In this document: in pieces, positions 27,767-36,891 of the stretch | Layout of the letters: each line of letters starts with the position of its first letter | Numbering within the stretch: the first letter of the stretch is position 1 | Assembly (NCBI GenBank): GCA_043754535.1 | Contig: JAYUUN010000037.1 | Coordinates: forward strand, 1 to 49,448 | Length of the DNA: 49,448 nt | Direction: 5' to 3' | Source of the DNA: Chloroflexota bacterium | Lineage (GTDB): Bacteria; Chloroflexota; Chloroflexia; QHBQ01 | The notes under the pieces: generated by a model | Told to the model about the DNA's origin: nothing | The model's input: the letters and a program-made list of their open reading frames with translations, nothing else | Database searches by the model: none | Made by a program: the position numbers and the translations under genes

Positions 27767-28323
27767 TGTTGCTCCTTCGCTTGCGCGTCTTTTCTGGCCT
27801 TGAACTCGTACCAGGCGGGCATCAGATTTGCCACATAGTCACGGGTGAAACGTAGTAGATCGACGAACTCCTCAACGTTCTCATGCGCTTGGCTTTCGCG
27901 GGGTACGATCTTGAGGCCAAGCTCGGCGATCTTGAGCAAGCCCGCTGTCACGCGAGAGCGTAGCTCCAGCAAGGTAGTCATGCTGCCTCTAGGCACGCGG
28001 TAGTAGTCGCGGCGGTCGCCTGGCACCAGGGTGCGCTCAACCAGGCCAGGGGGCTGCAACATACGGATGTTGGTACTAACGCTGGCGCGGCTGATCTTCA
28101 GTGTGCCAGCGATCTGCTCTGCCGTCAATGAGCCAGGGCTAATCAGGAGCAGCGCAAGGATGCGCCCGCTGATGTTGGTACCACCCGCTGCCTCATAGTA
28201 CAGCCCCATGCTGTTGATGAACTGCTCTACATCGGGATTGCTTACATCTACCAGGTTGGGGCGGCTCTGCTCGTCAAGTTTGTCTGCTTCGTTCAAATGC
28301 TTCTCCTCATGATGGTTGCTCAC
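27763..28323 (-). CDS. GbsR/MarR family transcriptional regulator
   Basis: GRILALLLI...LTAEQIAGTLKISRASVSTNIRML...GDRRDYY; overlaps ATPase start by 4 nt; TTG 28296 with SD GAGGAG is an alternative start. Confidence 0.88.
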   Translation of the reverse strand: MSNHHEEKHLNEADKLDEQSRPNLVDVSNPDVEQFINSMGLYYEAAGGTNISGRILALLLISPGSLTAEQIAGTLKISRASVSTNIRMLQPPGLVERTLVPGDRRDYYRVPRGSMTTLLELRSRVTAGLLKIAELGLKIVPRESQAHENVEEFVDLLRFTRDYVANLMPAWYEFKARKDAQAKEQQ

Positions 28324-28359
28324 TCCTCAACGTGCGGTAGCCAGCATTGCCACCTCTTT

Positions 28360-28435
28360 AGCATAGCACAGTTTGTACGTTTTAGTCAATAGTGAAACAG
28401 TTTAATTCCGTGAAATGTTTCAGATTGTGATGAAA
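28360..28435 (-). promoter_or_regulatory. promoter of the regulator-ABC operon with TTTCA-N8-TGAAA operator palindromes
   Basis: TTGACT (28389-28384), 18 nt, TG-C-TATGCT (28368-28360); palindromes at 28418-28435 (perfect) and 28380-28397 (one mismatch). Confidence 0.6.
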
Positions 28436-28455
28436 GGACAGAGCGGCGATTACCT

Positions 28456-28484
28456 TTGCAGAGCGGCGCATTTGTTGCTATACT
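28456..28484 (+). promoter_or_regulatory. ribF promoter
   Basis: TTGCAG, 17 nt, TATACT with TG extension. Confidence 0.65.
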
Positions 28485-28514
28485 TCAGGCAGACAAGCAA
28501 GGTAAGGAGCAACT

Positions 28515-29438
28515 TTGGACAGATTCAGCGACCTCAGCCAGTTGCAGCGGCAGTCAGTAGCCCTCACGATTGGTACCTTCGACGGCGTACATCGCGGCCA
28601 CCAACAGTTGATGCAGAGCGTGAAGGAGCGGGCGGTAAGGCATGGCTGGCGTAGCGCAGTGCTGACCTTCGAGCCACACCCCCGCGCTATTCTGCGTCCA
28701 GAGCAACCACTCGTCCTACTCTGCACCCCGGCAGACAAAGCAGCCCTGATCGCACGGCAGGGGGTGGATACGCTGATCACCCTGCCCTTCACCCCAGACC
28801 TTGCCCGCCTGACCACCTACGAATTCGCCGCCAGCATCCAGGCGCGACTTGAGGTCAAGGAATTGTGGGAAGGACCGGACTTCACGATGGGCAGCGACAT
28901 GGTAGGCGTAGAGCAGATCGCGCTAGTGGGGGAGCGGCTAGGCTTTGCTCTGCACCAGATCGACCACTATCGGCTGGCAGGGCGGGAGGTACGCAGCACT
29001 GCCATTCGTAATGCGATCATTGAGGGCGACCTGCGCGCCGCCGCGACTATGCTGGGCCGCTACCATAGCATCCAGAGCGAAGTAGTACACGGGGCGCAAC
29101 GGGGCCGTACCTTCGGCTACCCTACTGCCAATCAGTTGCCGCCGCCCTACCTGGTGCTGCCCAACAATGGCATCTACGCCACCTTCGCCGAATTGGAGGA
29201 TGGTAAGCTGCTACCTGCCGCCACCAATGTTGGCCTACGCCCAATGTTTGCCGACGGTAGCCGCAATGTGGAAACCTACATCCTGGACTTCGATGCAGAC
29301 ATCTACGGCCAGCAGTTGCGCGTCCACTTTGTAGAGCGGCTGCGTGGGGAGGAGAAGTTCGCCTCGCTCGACGAGCTGATTGCTCAGATGGGCCGCGACT
29401 GCGCCCAGGCCCGGGCGATCCTGGCAGCGGCCCGCTAA
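28515..29438 (+). CDS. ribF: bifunctional riboflavin kinase / FAD synthetase
   Basis: IGTFDGVHRGHQ, TFEPHP, GRTFGYPTAN, NVGLRPMF, ETYILDF, LRGEEKF; TTG start with SD AAGGAG. Confidence 0.96.
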   Translation: MDRFSDLSQLQRQSVALTIGTFDGVHRGHQQLMQSVKERAVRHGWRSAVLTFEPHPRAILRPEQPLVLLCTPADKAALIARQGVDTLITLPFTPDLARLTTYEFAASIQARLEVKELWEGPDFTMGSDMVGVEQIALVGERLGFALHQIDHYRLAGREVRSTAIRNAIIEGDLRAAATMLGRYHSIQSEVVHGAQRGRTFGYPTANQLPPPYLVLPNNGIYATFAELEDGKLLPAATNVGLRPMFADGSRNVETYILDFDADIYGQQLRVHFVERLRGEEKFASLDELIAQMGRDCAQARAILAAAR

Positions 29439-29522
29439 CCACGCAACAGACAGGCGGCCCAGCCGTTCCCGTTGTTGACTGTTTCGTGGTCAGCGTGGTA
29501 TAGTAGGCGAAGGTTAAAGCAC

Positions 29523-30734
29523 ATGGTCAGCAATGTAAACAGCAAAGTTAATAACCCAGAAGTGCGGGACAAGAAGTGCGCTACCTGCCGCCACTACGAG
29601 CCGTCTCCCCTGCGGCGGCGTGGCTGGTGCCGCAACCCGCTGCTCTACGACCGCCATACCAACCACCTCGTTGAGGAGGATACGCTTGCCTGTTCACGGG
29701 GCTTTGGCTCAATAGACTACTGGGAGCCACTGATCCTGCGTGATGGTCGCACCGCCTTGACCCGCCGCGAGAAGGAGCAGGCGCGAGCAGTATCGCTTGA
29801 GGTTGACCGCGAGATTGGCGAGGCCCAGGAGGAGGCGGACTCAACGTCTAGCTTGCCAACCACCCAGGCGACGATGGAGAGCCAGAGGACGGAGCCTGCC
29901 CCTCTGCCAACCAACACCATCCCACCGACGATAGTAGAGAAGCCGATCCGTAATCCCAATCGAGTCGTCACTGCCCCGACCCCCACAGTGCTACGCTCGG
30001 TTGGCAACCCACTACCCTCGCCGAACGACGATAGCCGCAGCCGTCTGCGCCAGCGGTTTACCCGCAAGAAGGCACCGCTCGTTCCCATGCCAGCAATGGG
30101 CCAGATTCCTGCACCGCCGCCGCTAACCTTTGGCCGCCGCGTGCAAATCTTCCTCTACGCCCGCCCCTGGTTGCTACTGCTAGCGATCCTGCTGATCGTG
30201 GGCGGCGCAGGTGGGGTGACGCTGGCTCGCAACGGCGGCTTCAGCAGCCTGCCGATAGTCGGCTCGATCTTCAGCCCCAAGCCAACCGCCGTCCTGCTGC
30301 CAACCGCTACTGCCACCATCTTCCTGATCAATACTCCACTACCAACCGTGGCGGTGCTGCCGACCAGCCTAGCCCAGCCAGCGACGGCCACCCCATCACC
30401 ACTGCCGCCTACCGCATTGGCAGTCGGGGTCTACGCCCAGACCACTGGCAGCCTTAACGTGCGGGCCGAGGCGAGTACGAAGGGGGCTAAACTTGCCACC
30501 CTGGGAGCAGGCGTGACGGTCAAGATCGTAGATGGGCCGAAGCAGGCGGGTGGGATTGCCTGGTGGAAGGTGACGAACCTGCCGGGTCAGCCTAGCGAAG
30601 CCAGCGGTTGGTGTTCGGGCCAGTTTCTCAAGCCAGTTGCGCCACCAAAGTTAGACTGGTTTGAGGGTGGCAAGGAGGGGCGGGAGCGCGTCAGTTGGCT
30701 GCTCCCGCCCTTGCTTCAAGCCACCAATAGTTAG
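29523..30734 (+). CDS. membrane protein: N-terminal Cys motif, TM, P/T-rich linker, C-terminal SH3b domain
   Basis: CATCRHY...GWCRNP...C, WLLLLAILLIVGG TM, LNVRAEAS...VKIVDGP...WWKV...GWCSGQFL; promoter TTGACT-18-TATAGT at 29475-29504 favours ATG 29523. Confidence 0.85.
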   Translation: MVSNVNSKVNNPEVRDKKCATCRHYEPSPLRRRGWCRNPLLYDRHTNHLVEEDTLACSRGFGSIDYWEPLILRDGRTALTRREKEQARAVSLEVDREIGEAQEEADSTSSLPTTQATMESQRTEPAPLPTNTIPPTIVEKPIRNPNRVVTAPTPTVLRSVGNPLPSPNDDSRSRLRQRFTRKKAPLVPMPAMGQIPAPPPLTFGRRVQIFLYARPWLLLLAILLIVGGAGGVTLARNGGFSSLPIVGSIFSPKPTAVLLPTATATIFLINTPLPTVAVLPTSLAQPATATPSPLPPTALAVGVYAQTTGSLNVRAEASTKGAKLATLGAGVTVKIVDGPKQAGGIAWWKVTNLPGQPSEASGWCSGQFLKPVAPPKLDWFEGGKEGRERVSWLLPPLLQATNS

Positions 30735-31615
30735 CGCGCACTAACCAATGCCACACCGACCAGGGTGATCGCCACCCCTAGCCACTGCGACCAACGCAGG
30801 CGGTCGTGCAGGAAAACAGCGGCCAGCAGCACCGTCACCGCACTGAACAGCGAACCAATGACGCTGACCACCGACACCTGATCGGTGCCGAGGCCGACGC
30901 TGTTGGCGACGAAGGCCACGGTGTCCAGTAGACCTACACCGATGATCAGCCACCAGATGGAGCCGCGTGGCAGCCTGACACTCTGGCCGCTGGGTCTGGC
31001 AACCAGGAGCAAGATGGTCGGGGTCATTACCCGCACCAGCCAGACGGGAATCACCCCGCCAACGTAGGGGATGATCAGGAAGCCGTACATCCAGAAGGTA
31101 ACACCAAAGGCGACGGCGGCGAACAGGGCGAGAGCAATCCCAGAGTGGAAGAAGCTATGACCCCTCACCTGTGCCTTCACCCGCGCTGCTGCTGGCGGTG
31201 GCGGCCCCGCCGAGGCCAGCACCACCCCTACCAGGGCAGCAGCTATTCCTGCCCAGCGCAAAGGCTCAAGCCGCTCACCGCTAGCGAAGGAGAGAACAAC
31301 AGTGACCGCCGCATAGCTGGCGGCAACCGGCGAGACGACGCTGATCACCCCCACCTCGAAAGCACGGTAGAGGGCCAACGCGCTGGCGATCTCTAGCAGG
31401 TTGGCTACTACCAGCCAGGCCCAGGGCTGCCAGCCACTGCCTAGCGACCGCTGCAACTCGCCGCTGGCAACTACATAATAACTGAGGATCAGCAGCCCGA
31501 TCCCTTGCATGAACAGCAGGGTGCGGTAGCTGCCGACCAGGCGGGTGGCATAGCGGGCGAGGAAGTCCGCCATGCCCCAGCAGAGGGCGGCAGTCAGGCC
31601 GAGGATGATCCCCAT
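30731..31615 (-). CDS. DMT/EamA family transporter
   Basis: About 10 TM segments in two EamA repeats; LYRAFEVGVISVVSPV, GERL, FLHDRL. Confidence 0.9.
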   Translation of the reverse strand: MGIILGLTAALCWGMADFLARYATRLVGSYRTLLFMQGIGLLILSYYVVASGELQRSLGSGWQPWAWLVVANLLEIASALALYRAFEVGVISVVSPVAASYAAVTVVLSFASGERLEPLRWAGIAAALVGVVLASAGPPPPAAARVKAQVRGHSFFHSGIALALFAAVAFGVTFWMYGFLIIPYVGGVIPVWLVRVMTPTILLLVARPSGQSVRLPRGSIWWLIIGVGLLDTVAFVANSVGLGTDQVSVVSVIGSLFSAVTVLLAAVFLHDRLRWSQWLGVAITLVGVALVSAR

Positions 31616-31620
31616 ACTGG

Positions 31621-31992
31621 TTAGCGTGCTTCCAAAGTGACCAGCACGCCGTTCTTTGGTCGGATCGTAAAGGAAGGCTCGACCATTACCTGATGGTTGG
31701 TGGCTGGCTTGAGGTTGTAGTGCTGGGTAATTTCGGCAAGCAGCAAGGTACCCTCCATCGTCACAAACTGGTTGCCAACGCAGATACGTGGCCCGGTGTT
31801 GAAGGGCATACAGGCGCAGCGTGGCAGCCGCTTCGCCAGGTCGCCTGCCGAGCGTTCTGGCTGGGAGGCATCGGGATCGTCAACGTAGCGCGTGCCGACA
31901 AGGAAGGCAAGCGGATTGCGCCGAAGCGCGACGGCTTTGCCCAGCAGCGGCAACCCTGGGGGGCTGGCAGGCTGTTCCCGAACGACCATCAA
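31621..31992 (-). pseudogene. cytochrome P450 with a large in-frame internal deletion
   Basis: P450-like N-terminus (PPGLPLLG...NPLAFL) joined to PER and heme-loop region (PFNTGPRICVG); only 123 aa, lacking I-helix and ExxR. Confidence 0.8.
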
Positions 31993-32084
31993 CTACACTC
32001 CTCACAGTAGAAAGACAGGGTATGCCGAATGCACAAGATAGGGTACCCGGTCTGCCAGGTACCCGTCGGGTAAGGTCAGGGAAA

Positions 32085-33317
32085 CTAGCGGCCCATTGCT
32101 GGGAAGCTGGTGGGCAGCTCGCGCCGCTCATAGCCGCTAGCGGGCGGCGAAGGGCAGCGCAGCGGCTTGTCCTCACGGTAGCCGAGAGCGTACTCGCCCT
32201 GCATGATCGTGTGGATTTCGCGCGTGCCTTCGTACAGCACTGCGCCGCGGGCGTTGCGGAAGTAGCGTTCGACCGGGTATTCGTTGGAGTAGCCGTAGGC
32301 ACCATGAATCTCAATCGCGTCGTCTGCTGACTTGAGAGCCACATCGCAGGCATACCACTTCGCCAGGCTGGTCTCACGGGTGGTTCGCATCCCATAGTTC
32401 TTCATCCAGCCAGCGCGATAGCAAAGCAGGCGGGCGGCCTCGGTACCAGCGACCATGCGGGCGATCATCTGCTGCACCAGTTCGAACTTGCCAATCGCAC
32501 TGCCGAAGGCTTCGCGCTCGCGAGCGTACTTGACACTAGCATCGAGGCTGGCCTGGGCCAGTCCGACCGCGCCAGTACCAACCGTATAGCGGCCCCAGTC
32601 GAGGGCGGACATGGCGATCTTGAAGCCCTCACCCTCGTTGCCGAGGCGGTTGGCCGCAGGGACGCGCACATCTTGCATCACGATCTCGCCAGTGTTGCCC
32701 GCGTGTACCCCCAGCTTGCCCTTGATCGAGCCGGTGCTGAGACCCTCCATGCCGCGTTCGAGCAGGAAGGCGGTTACACCCTTTGCGCCGCTACCAGGGT
32801 CAATGTTGGCGAAGACAAGGAAGTTGTCGGCGATCTCTGCCGCACTAATCCACACCTTGTTGCCGTTGAGGATGTAGTCGTTACCGTCCCGGCGGGCAGT
32901 CGCCTTCATGTGGGCGGCATCGCTGCCAGCAGAGGGTTCGGTCAGGCCGAAGGCGGCGATTTTCTCACCACGAGCCTGGGGGACAAGGAACTGCTGCTTC
33001 TGCTCCTCACTGCCCCATTGCAGCAGGGTCATGCTGTTGAGGCCGAGGTGGACGCTGAGGAGGACGCGGAAGGCAGTCTCCGCCCTCTCAATCTCCTCGC
33101 AGAGGATACCCATGCTCACGTAGTCCAGGCCGGTGCCACCGTACTGCTCTGGCACGCAGATGCCGAGGAAGCCGAGCTCACCCATCTGCTTGAGTATATT
33201 GCGGTCGAAGAAGTGGTTCGCATCGTTCTGCTGGGCGACCGGGGCGATCTCCTTCTGGGCGAAGTTGTAAACCATGTCGCGCACGCTACGGTGTTCGCTG
33301 CTAAGTTCAAAATCCAC
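32085..33317 (-). CDS. acyl-CoA dehydrogenase
   Basis: FGLTEPSAGSD, LNGNKVWIS, GEGFKIAMSALDWGR, IHGAYGYSNEYPVERYFR, YEGTREI; GTG 33317 with SD AAAGGGA. Confidence 0.95.
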   Translation of the reverse strand: MDFELSSEHRSVRDMVYNFAQKEIAPVAQQNDANHFFDRNILKQMGELGFLGICVPEQYGGTGLDYVSMGILCEEIERAETAFRVLLSVHLGLNSMTLLQWGSEEQKQQFLVPQARGEKIAAFGLTEPSAGSDAAHMKATARRDGNDYILNGNKVWISAAEIADNFLVFANIDPGSGAKGVTAFLLERGMEGLSTGSIKGKLGVHAGNTGEIVMQDVRVPAANRLGNEGEGFKIAMSALDWGRYTVGTGAVGLAQASLDASVKYAREREAFGSAIGKFELVQQMIARMVAGTEAARLLCYRAGWMKNYGMRTTRETSLAKWYACDVALKSADDAIEIHGAYGYSNEYPVERYFRNARGAVLYEGTREIHTIMQGEYALGYREDKPLRCPSPPASGYERRELPTSFPAMGR

Positions 33318-33333
33318 TGAAGTTCCCTTTCTG

Positions 33334-34002
33334 TTAAGTGCGCTGGCAAAGCGCGGCCAGCTTGTTGATGAACTCGTCGCAGTGCCGCGAGGCGGCCCTA
33401 ACCCGCTGCGGGTCAATACTGCGCCGTTTGCTGAAATCAGTAGGTGGTCGCTGCTTGTCGGCCTCACCAATCAAGTCAAAGCCATGCTTAACCTTGTGGT
33501 AGTACTTCTCTCGTGTGTCTTTGACTGCGGCGCGGAGGCCACCCTCGATGTCGGACTTGCTAACTTGCTCAACGTTGGGATTACGTGGCAGACTGGCAGC
33601 GTGAAAATCCTGCCCATAGTAGTTTGCCAAAGCCTCTGGATCAGCCAGCAGCCAAGCTTCCATCATCTGCACCATCAGGTAAACCTGACTGGCGGCCTCG
33701 CTTGGCAGCCTGTGTTCTCCTTGATTGCTGTAGAGCTTGTCCTTGTTGTTGACAAACTCGATTCTGCCCACGCCGTCTGGTACAGGAGCTTCGCTGTCTA
33801 CCAGCAGGATGCTGATCACATCTTTGCGCCTGAGTTGTTGAGCGAAGAACTTCAGCGACTCGTCATGGGTGTCACCGGCAATTATACTCGGTGGGTAGCG
33901 ACAGTTAGGCACTGCACGGGTGATGAATGCGCCAAAGGCTTGCCTTAGCAGCTTGCTACTGGCAGGATCGCCACCCCCCTCAATGATAAGCTGCACTCTC
34001 AA
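33334..34002 (-). CDS. DUF4276 family protein (TOPRIM-like putative nuclease)
   Basis: LIIEGGGD, LLVDSE, MVQMMEAWLLAD motifs; directly downstream of an ABC-type ATPase. Confidence 0.8.
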   Translation of the reverse strand: MRVQLIIEGGGDPASSKLLRQAFGAFITRAVPNCRYPPSIIAGDTHDESLKFFAQQLRRKDVISILLVDSEAPVPDGVGRIEFVNNKDKLYSNQGEHRLPSEAASQVYLMVQMMEAWLLADPEALANYYGQDFHAASLPRNPNVEQVSKSDIEGGLRAAVKDTREKYYHKVKHGFDLIGEADKQRPPTDFSKRRSIDPQRVRAASRHCDEFINKLAALCQRT

Positions 34003-34017
34003 GGTTTCACCTCAGAA

Positions 34018-35268
34018 CTAGAATGGGTTGCCGCCAAGAAAGCCCTTAGCCCGCAACTGACCAAGCGAGTAGTCCTTCAACCACTCTTGCAAGTCAGCCA
34101 ACTGATCGTTCCTAAACTGTCGTACCTTCGTTGCCCCTTCATCCTTCTCAAAGACAAGGACACTTTCGGGCGTGTCATTGAATTGGCTGATCAGGTCGTC
34201 GGAGTGCGTAGTGACAATTAGTTGTGTACGAGTGGAAGCATCGCGCAGCAAGCGGGCCAACACAGGTATCATGTCTGGATGCAGGCCAAGCTCTGGTTCC
34301 TCAAGGCAGATCAGCGGTGGTGGCGTGGGGTTGAGCAGCATGGCTAGCAGCCACAACCAACGTAGCGTGCCGTCAGACAAGTGATCGCCAAGAACGGGAC
34401 GGAAGTTACTCTCTAGCAAGTAAAGCTGTTGTGTACCATTAGCCGACTTACCACCCACACGTCGATAATCCCAGTAGAAACTACGTAGGTAGCTTTCAAT
34501 TAGTGGTAGTGCCGGTGTTTGCTGAAGGCGATCTAGAACGTGTGACAAGTTACTACCATCTTCGTTGAGTGTTCTGGACGACAGGTTGGCAGGTTGCGGA
34601 TGTCTAGCCGGATTGTCGTAGCCGAAAGTCCAGCGTCGGTAGCTTCGGAACAATGAATAAGTATTGGCGAGGAAGCTGAGTTCAGGGTAAAGCTCACTGT
34701 CTGTACGTTGAGACAGAACAGAGCGTTGTTGGTCAATTGCATCTACCTCTAGCTTACGCTCAGTCCAGCCATCCTCACCGATCTTGCGTGTGTTGATGAT
34801 GGGACGACCTCTGTCGTAGCGGAAATAGAAGAACTTGTCGTTCTTAGGTGGCACTATCTCATGGTTTTCAATCTTCTCATCTACAACTCTTGCAGACTGG
34901 GCCGCAGAGGTAAAACTAAATACGTGCCGCAACTGATCGCTACGGCGATCAAAACGACCTGAAGGATTAGGTACTAGTACCTCTATAGTTGCTGTAGGGC
35001 CAACAGCACCCGGTTTGCTCTGCCACAACCATTCGTGAACACCGCTACCTCGTCCAAGCAATGTTTGCAGACCAACATAGTTCGGCTCACCTTCCTTATC
35101 GTTAAAGGGAGCGAGCGAACGTAGCAGGCCAAACGCCTCCAACAGGTTCGACTTACCAGAGCCGTTCGCGCCAATCAGCAGGTTGAGGTCGCGCAACTCG
35201 ATCTCCTGCGCGTCGGGGCCGAAGGAGAGGAAGTTGGTCAGCTTGATGCTCTTGACCGCGATTGTCAT
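34018..35268 (-). CDS. AAA_21/AAA_15-type ABC ATPase without membrane partner
   Basis: LIGANGSGKSN Walker A, LSDGT signature, LICLEEPELGLHP Walker B/D-loop, TTHS H-loop; SD AGGAGG. Confidence 0.92.
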   Translation of the reverse strand: MTIAVKSIKLTNFLSFGPDAQEIELRDLNLLIGANGSGKSNLLEAFGLLRSLAPFNDKEGEPNYVGLQTLLGRGSGVHEWLWQSKPGAVGPTATIEVLVPNPSGRFDRRSDQLRHVFSFTSAAQSARVVDEKIENHEIVPPKNDKFFYFRYDRGRPIINTRKIGEDGWTERKLEVDAIDQQRSVLSQRTDSELYPELSFLANTYSLFRSYRRWTFGYDNPARHPQPANLSSRTLNEDGSNLSHVLDRLQQTPALPLIESYLRSFYWDYRRVGGKSANGTQQLYLLESNFRPVLGDHLSDGTLRWLWLLAMLLNPTPPPLICLEEPELGLHPDMIPVLARLLRDASTRTQLIVTTHSDDLISQFNDTPESVLVFEKDEGATKVRQFRNDQLADLQEWLKDYSLGQLRAKGFLGGNPF

Positions 35269-35298
35269 GTTACTGCCCTCCTAAGCGGGTTACAACGA

Positions 35299-35919
35299 TT
35301 ATACCGCCGCCAATTCGGGATTGGCAGCTACCGCTTCCTTCGCGGCCACCCCCGCCGCCCAGCCTGCATCCATCGCCGCCAGGTTCGCTGCCAAGGCCTT
35401 CGCCGGGATGCGCCCACTGACTGCCTGGGTCAGAGCGGCGTGCGATACGATACCAGTAATGCCGCCGATTGCGCCAAGAGCGACCACGGCGGTAGCGATG
35501 ATGCCACCCGTATGTTCGCGAGCGATCTGGGTCAGGGGTAGGCGGTGGAAGCCGACTCCCTCTGGGAAGCCCTCTGGCTGACGATGAACCGTAGTCGCCT
35601 CGGCTACCACCACGCTGCCCGACTTGAGGCGCGGCATGAACAGGGCCAGTTCGTCGCGGTTCATCGCCAGCAGCACGTCGGGATTGAGTACGCCAGGGTA
35701 GTCAATCGCCACTGGGCTAAGTACCACGTCGGCACGGCTGAAGCCACCCCGCGTGCTGATGCCATGAATCTCGATCTGCATCACCTGGTTGGGGCCGTAC
35801 AGCCCGGCGGCTTCAGCCAGGATCACCCCGGCCATTGCCAGCCCTTGCCCGCCGACCCCAGCCAACTCTACTTCGGTGCGGCGGGGTAGCAGGCCGGGAA
35901 CGTCGTTAGTGATGATCAA
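35299..35919 (-). CDS. 2-oxoacid:ferredoxin oxidoreductase gamma subunit
   Basis: AGVGGQG...GVILAEAA, RGGFSRADVV; TTG start overlaps the beta-subunit stop. Confidence 0.9.
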   Translation of the reverse strand: MIITNDVPGLLPRRTEVELAGVGGQGLAMAGVILAEAAGLYGPNQVMQIEIHGISTRGGFSRADVVLSPVAIDYPGVLNPDVLLAMNRDELALFMPRLKSGSVVVAEATTVHRQPEGFPEGVGFHRLPLTQIAREHTGGIIATAVVALGAIGGITGIVSHAALTQAVSGRIPAKALAANLAAMDAGWAAGVAAKEAVAANPELAAV

Positions 35920-36845
35920 CCTTCGTCTCCTTGATGCTCTGGCTCGGTCTGCTTGTCGAACTCGCGCTCGCGCAGGTGGGCGATCAGCTTGGCGTGTTCC
36001 TCGGCAGAGCGGGCCTGCGCTTTAGCGATCACCTTGTCGTACTCTGCTGTCCACTCTGGGACGATCATGTTGCGTAGCTCACCGGTGATAAAGCGGTCAC
36101 CGATCTCCTCGTCGCTCATCTTGGCGGCGCGGTTGACGTTGAGAGCGTGGTCTTTGTACCAGAACAGCATCTCACTGGCGATCTCGCTATAGTTGCGCTT
36201 GCCATAATGCACATGGCACTGTGACATGATCTCCACCACGCTGAAGCCAGGGTGCATGATAGCCTTGCCAATCAGGTCGACCATCTGCTGCACGTGGAAG
36301 GCCGTGCTGCGGGCGACGTAGGTTGCGCCTGCGCCAGCCGCCAGCTTGCAGATGTCGAAGGGGTTCTCGATGTGGCCGAGGGTGGCGGTGGTATGCTTGC
36401 TACCCCTGGGCGAAAGTGGCGAATATTGGCCGCCAGTCATGCCGTAGGTCTCGTTGTTGATCACGATGGCGGTCAGGTCGATGTTGCGGCGGGCCGCCTG
36501 GATGAAGTGGTTGCCGCCGATAGCCGCGCAGTCACCGTCGCCCATCGGCACGATCACCTTGAGGCGCGGGTTGGCGATCTTCATGCCGGTTGCTGCGGGC
36601 AGGGCGCGACCATGCGTGCCGTGGAAGCCGTCGAAGTTGAGGTAGTTGTAGATCAGCCCGCTGCACCCGATCCCAGTGACGATCACCACGTCGTCATGGG
36701 GCAGGTTGAGGTTCTCGACCGCCCGCACAATCGCGCCGCTGATCGTGCCGATCCCGCAACCCGGACACCAGAGCGAGTTCAGCCCCTCTGTCCGCAGGTA
36801 GCGTTCCTTCATCTCACTGGTCTGCATCATCTCTACTGCTGGCAT
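35916..36845 (-). CDS. 2-oxoacid:ferredoxin oxidoreductase beta subunit (TPP-binding)
   Basis: WCPGCG, GIGCS, HGRALP, GDGD...IGGNH, NNETYGMTGGQYSP. Confidence 0.95.
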   Translation of the reverse strand: MPAVEMMQTSEMKERYLRTEGLNSLWCPGCGIGTISGAIVRAVENLNLPHDDVVIVTGIGCSGLIYNYLNFDGFHGTHGRALPAATGMKIANPRLKVIVPMGDGDCAAIGGNHFIQAARRNIDLTAIVINNETYGMTGGQYSPLSPRGSKHTTATLGHIENPFDICKLAAGAGATYVARSTAFHVQQMVDLIGKAIMHPGFSVVEIMSQCHVHYGKRNYSEIASEMLFWYKDHALNVNRAAKMSDEEIGDRFITGELRNMIVPEWTAEYDKVIAKAQARSAEEHAKLIAHLREREFDKQTEPEHQGDEG

Positions 36846-36891
36846 CGTGTTTCTCCTCTTATGCCCCGCACCGGGAGCAAGCTGGGGTGGA

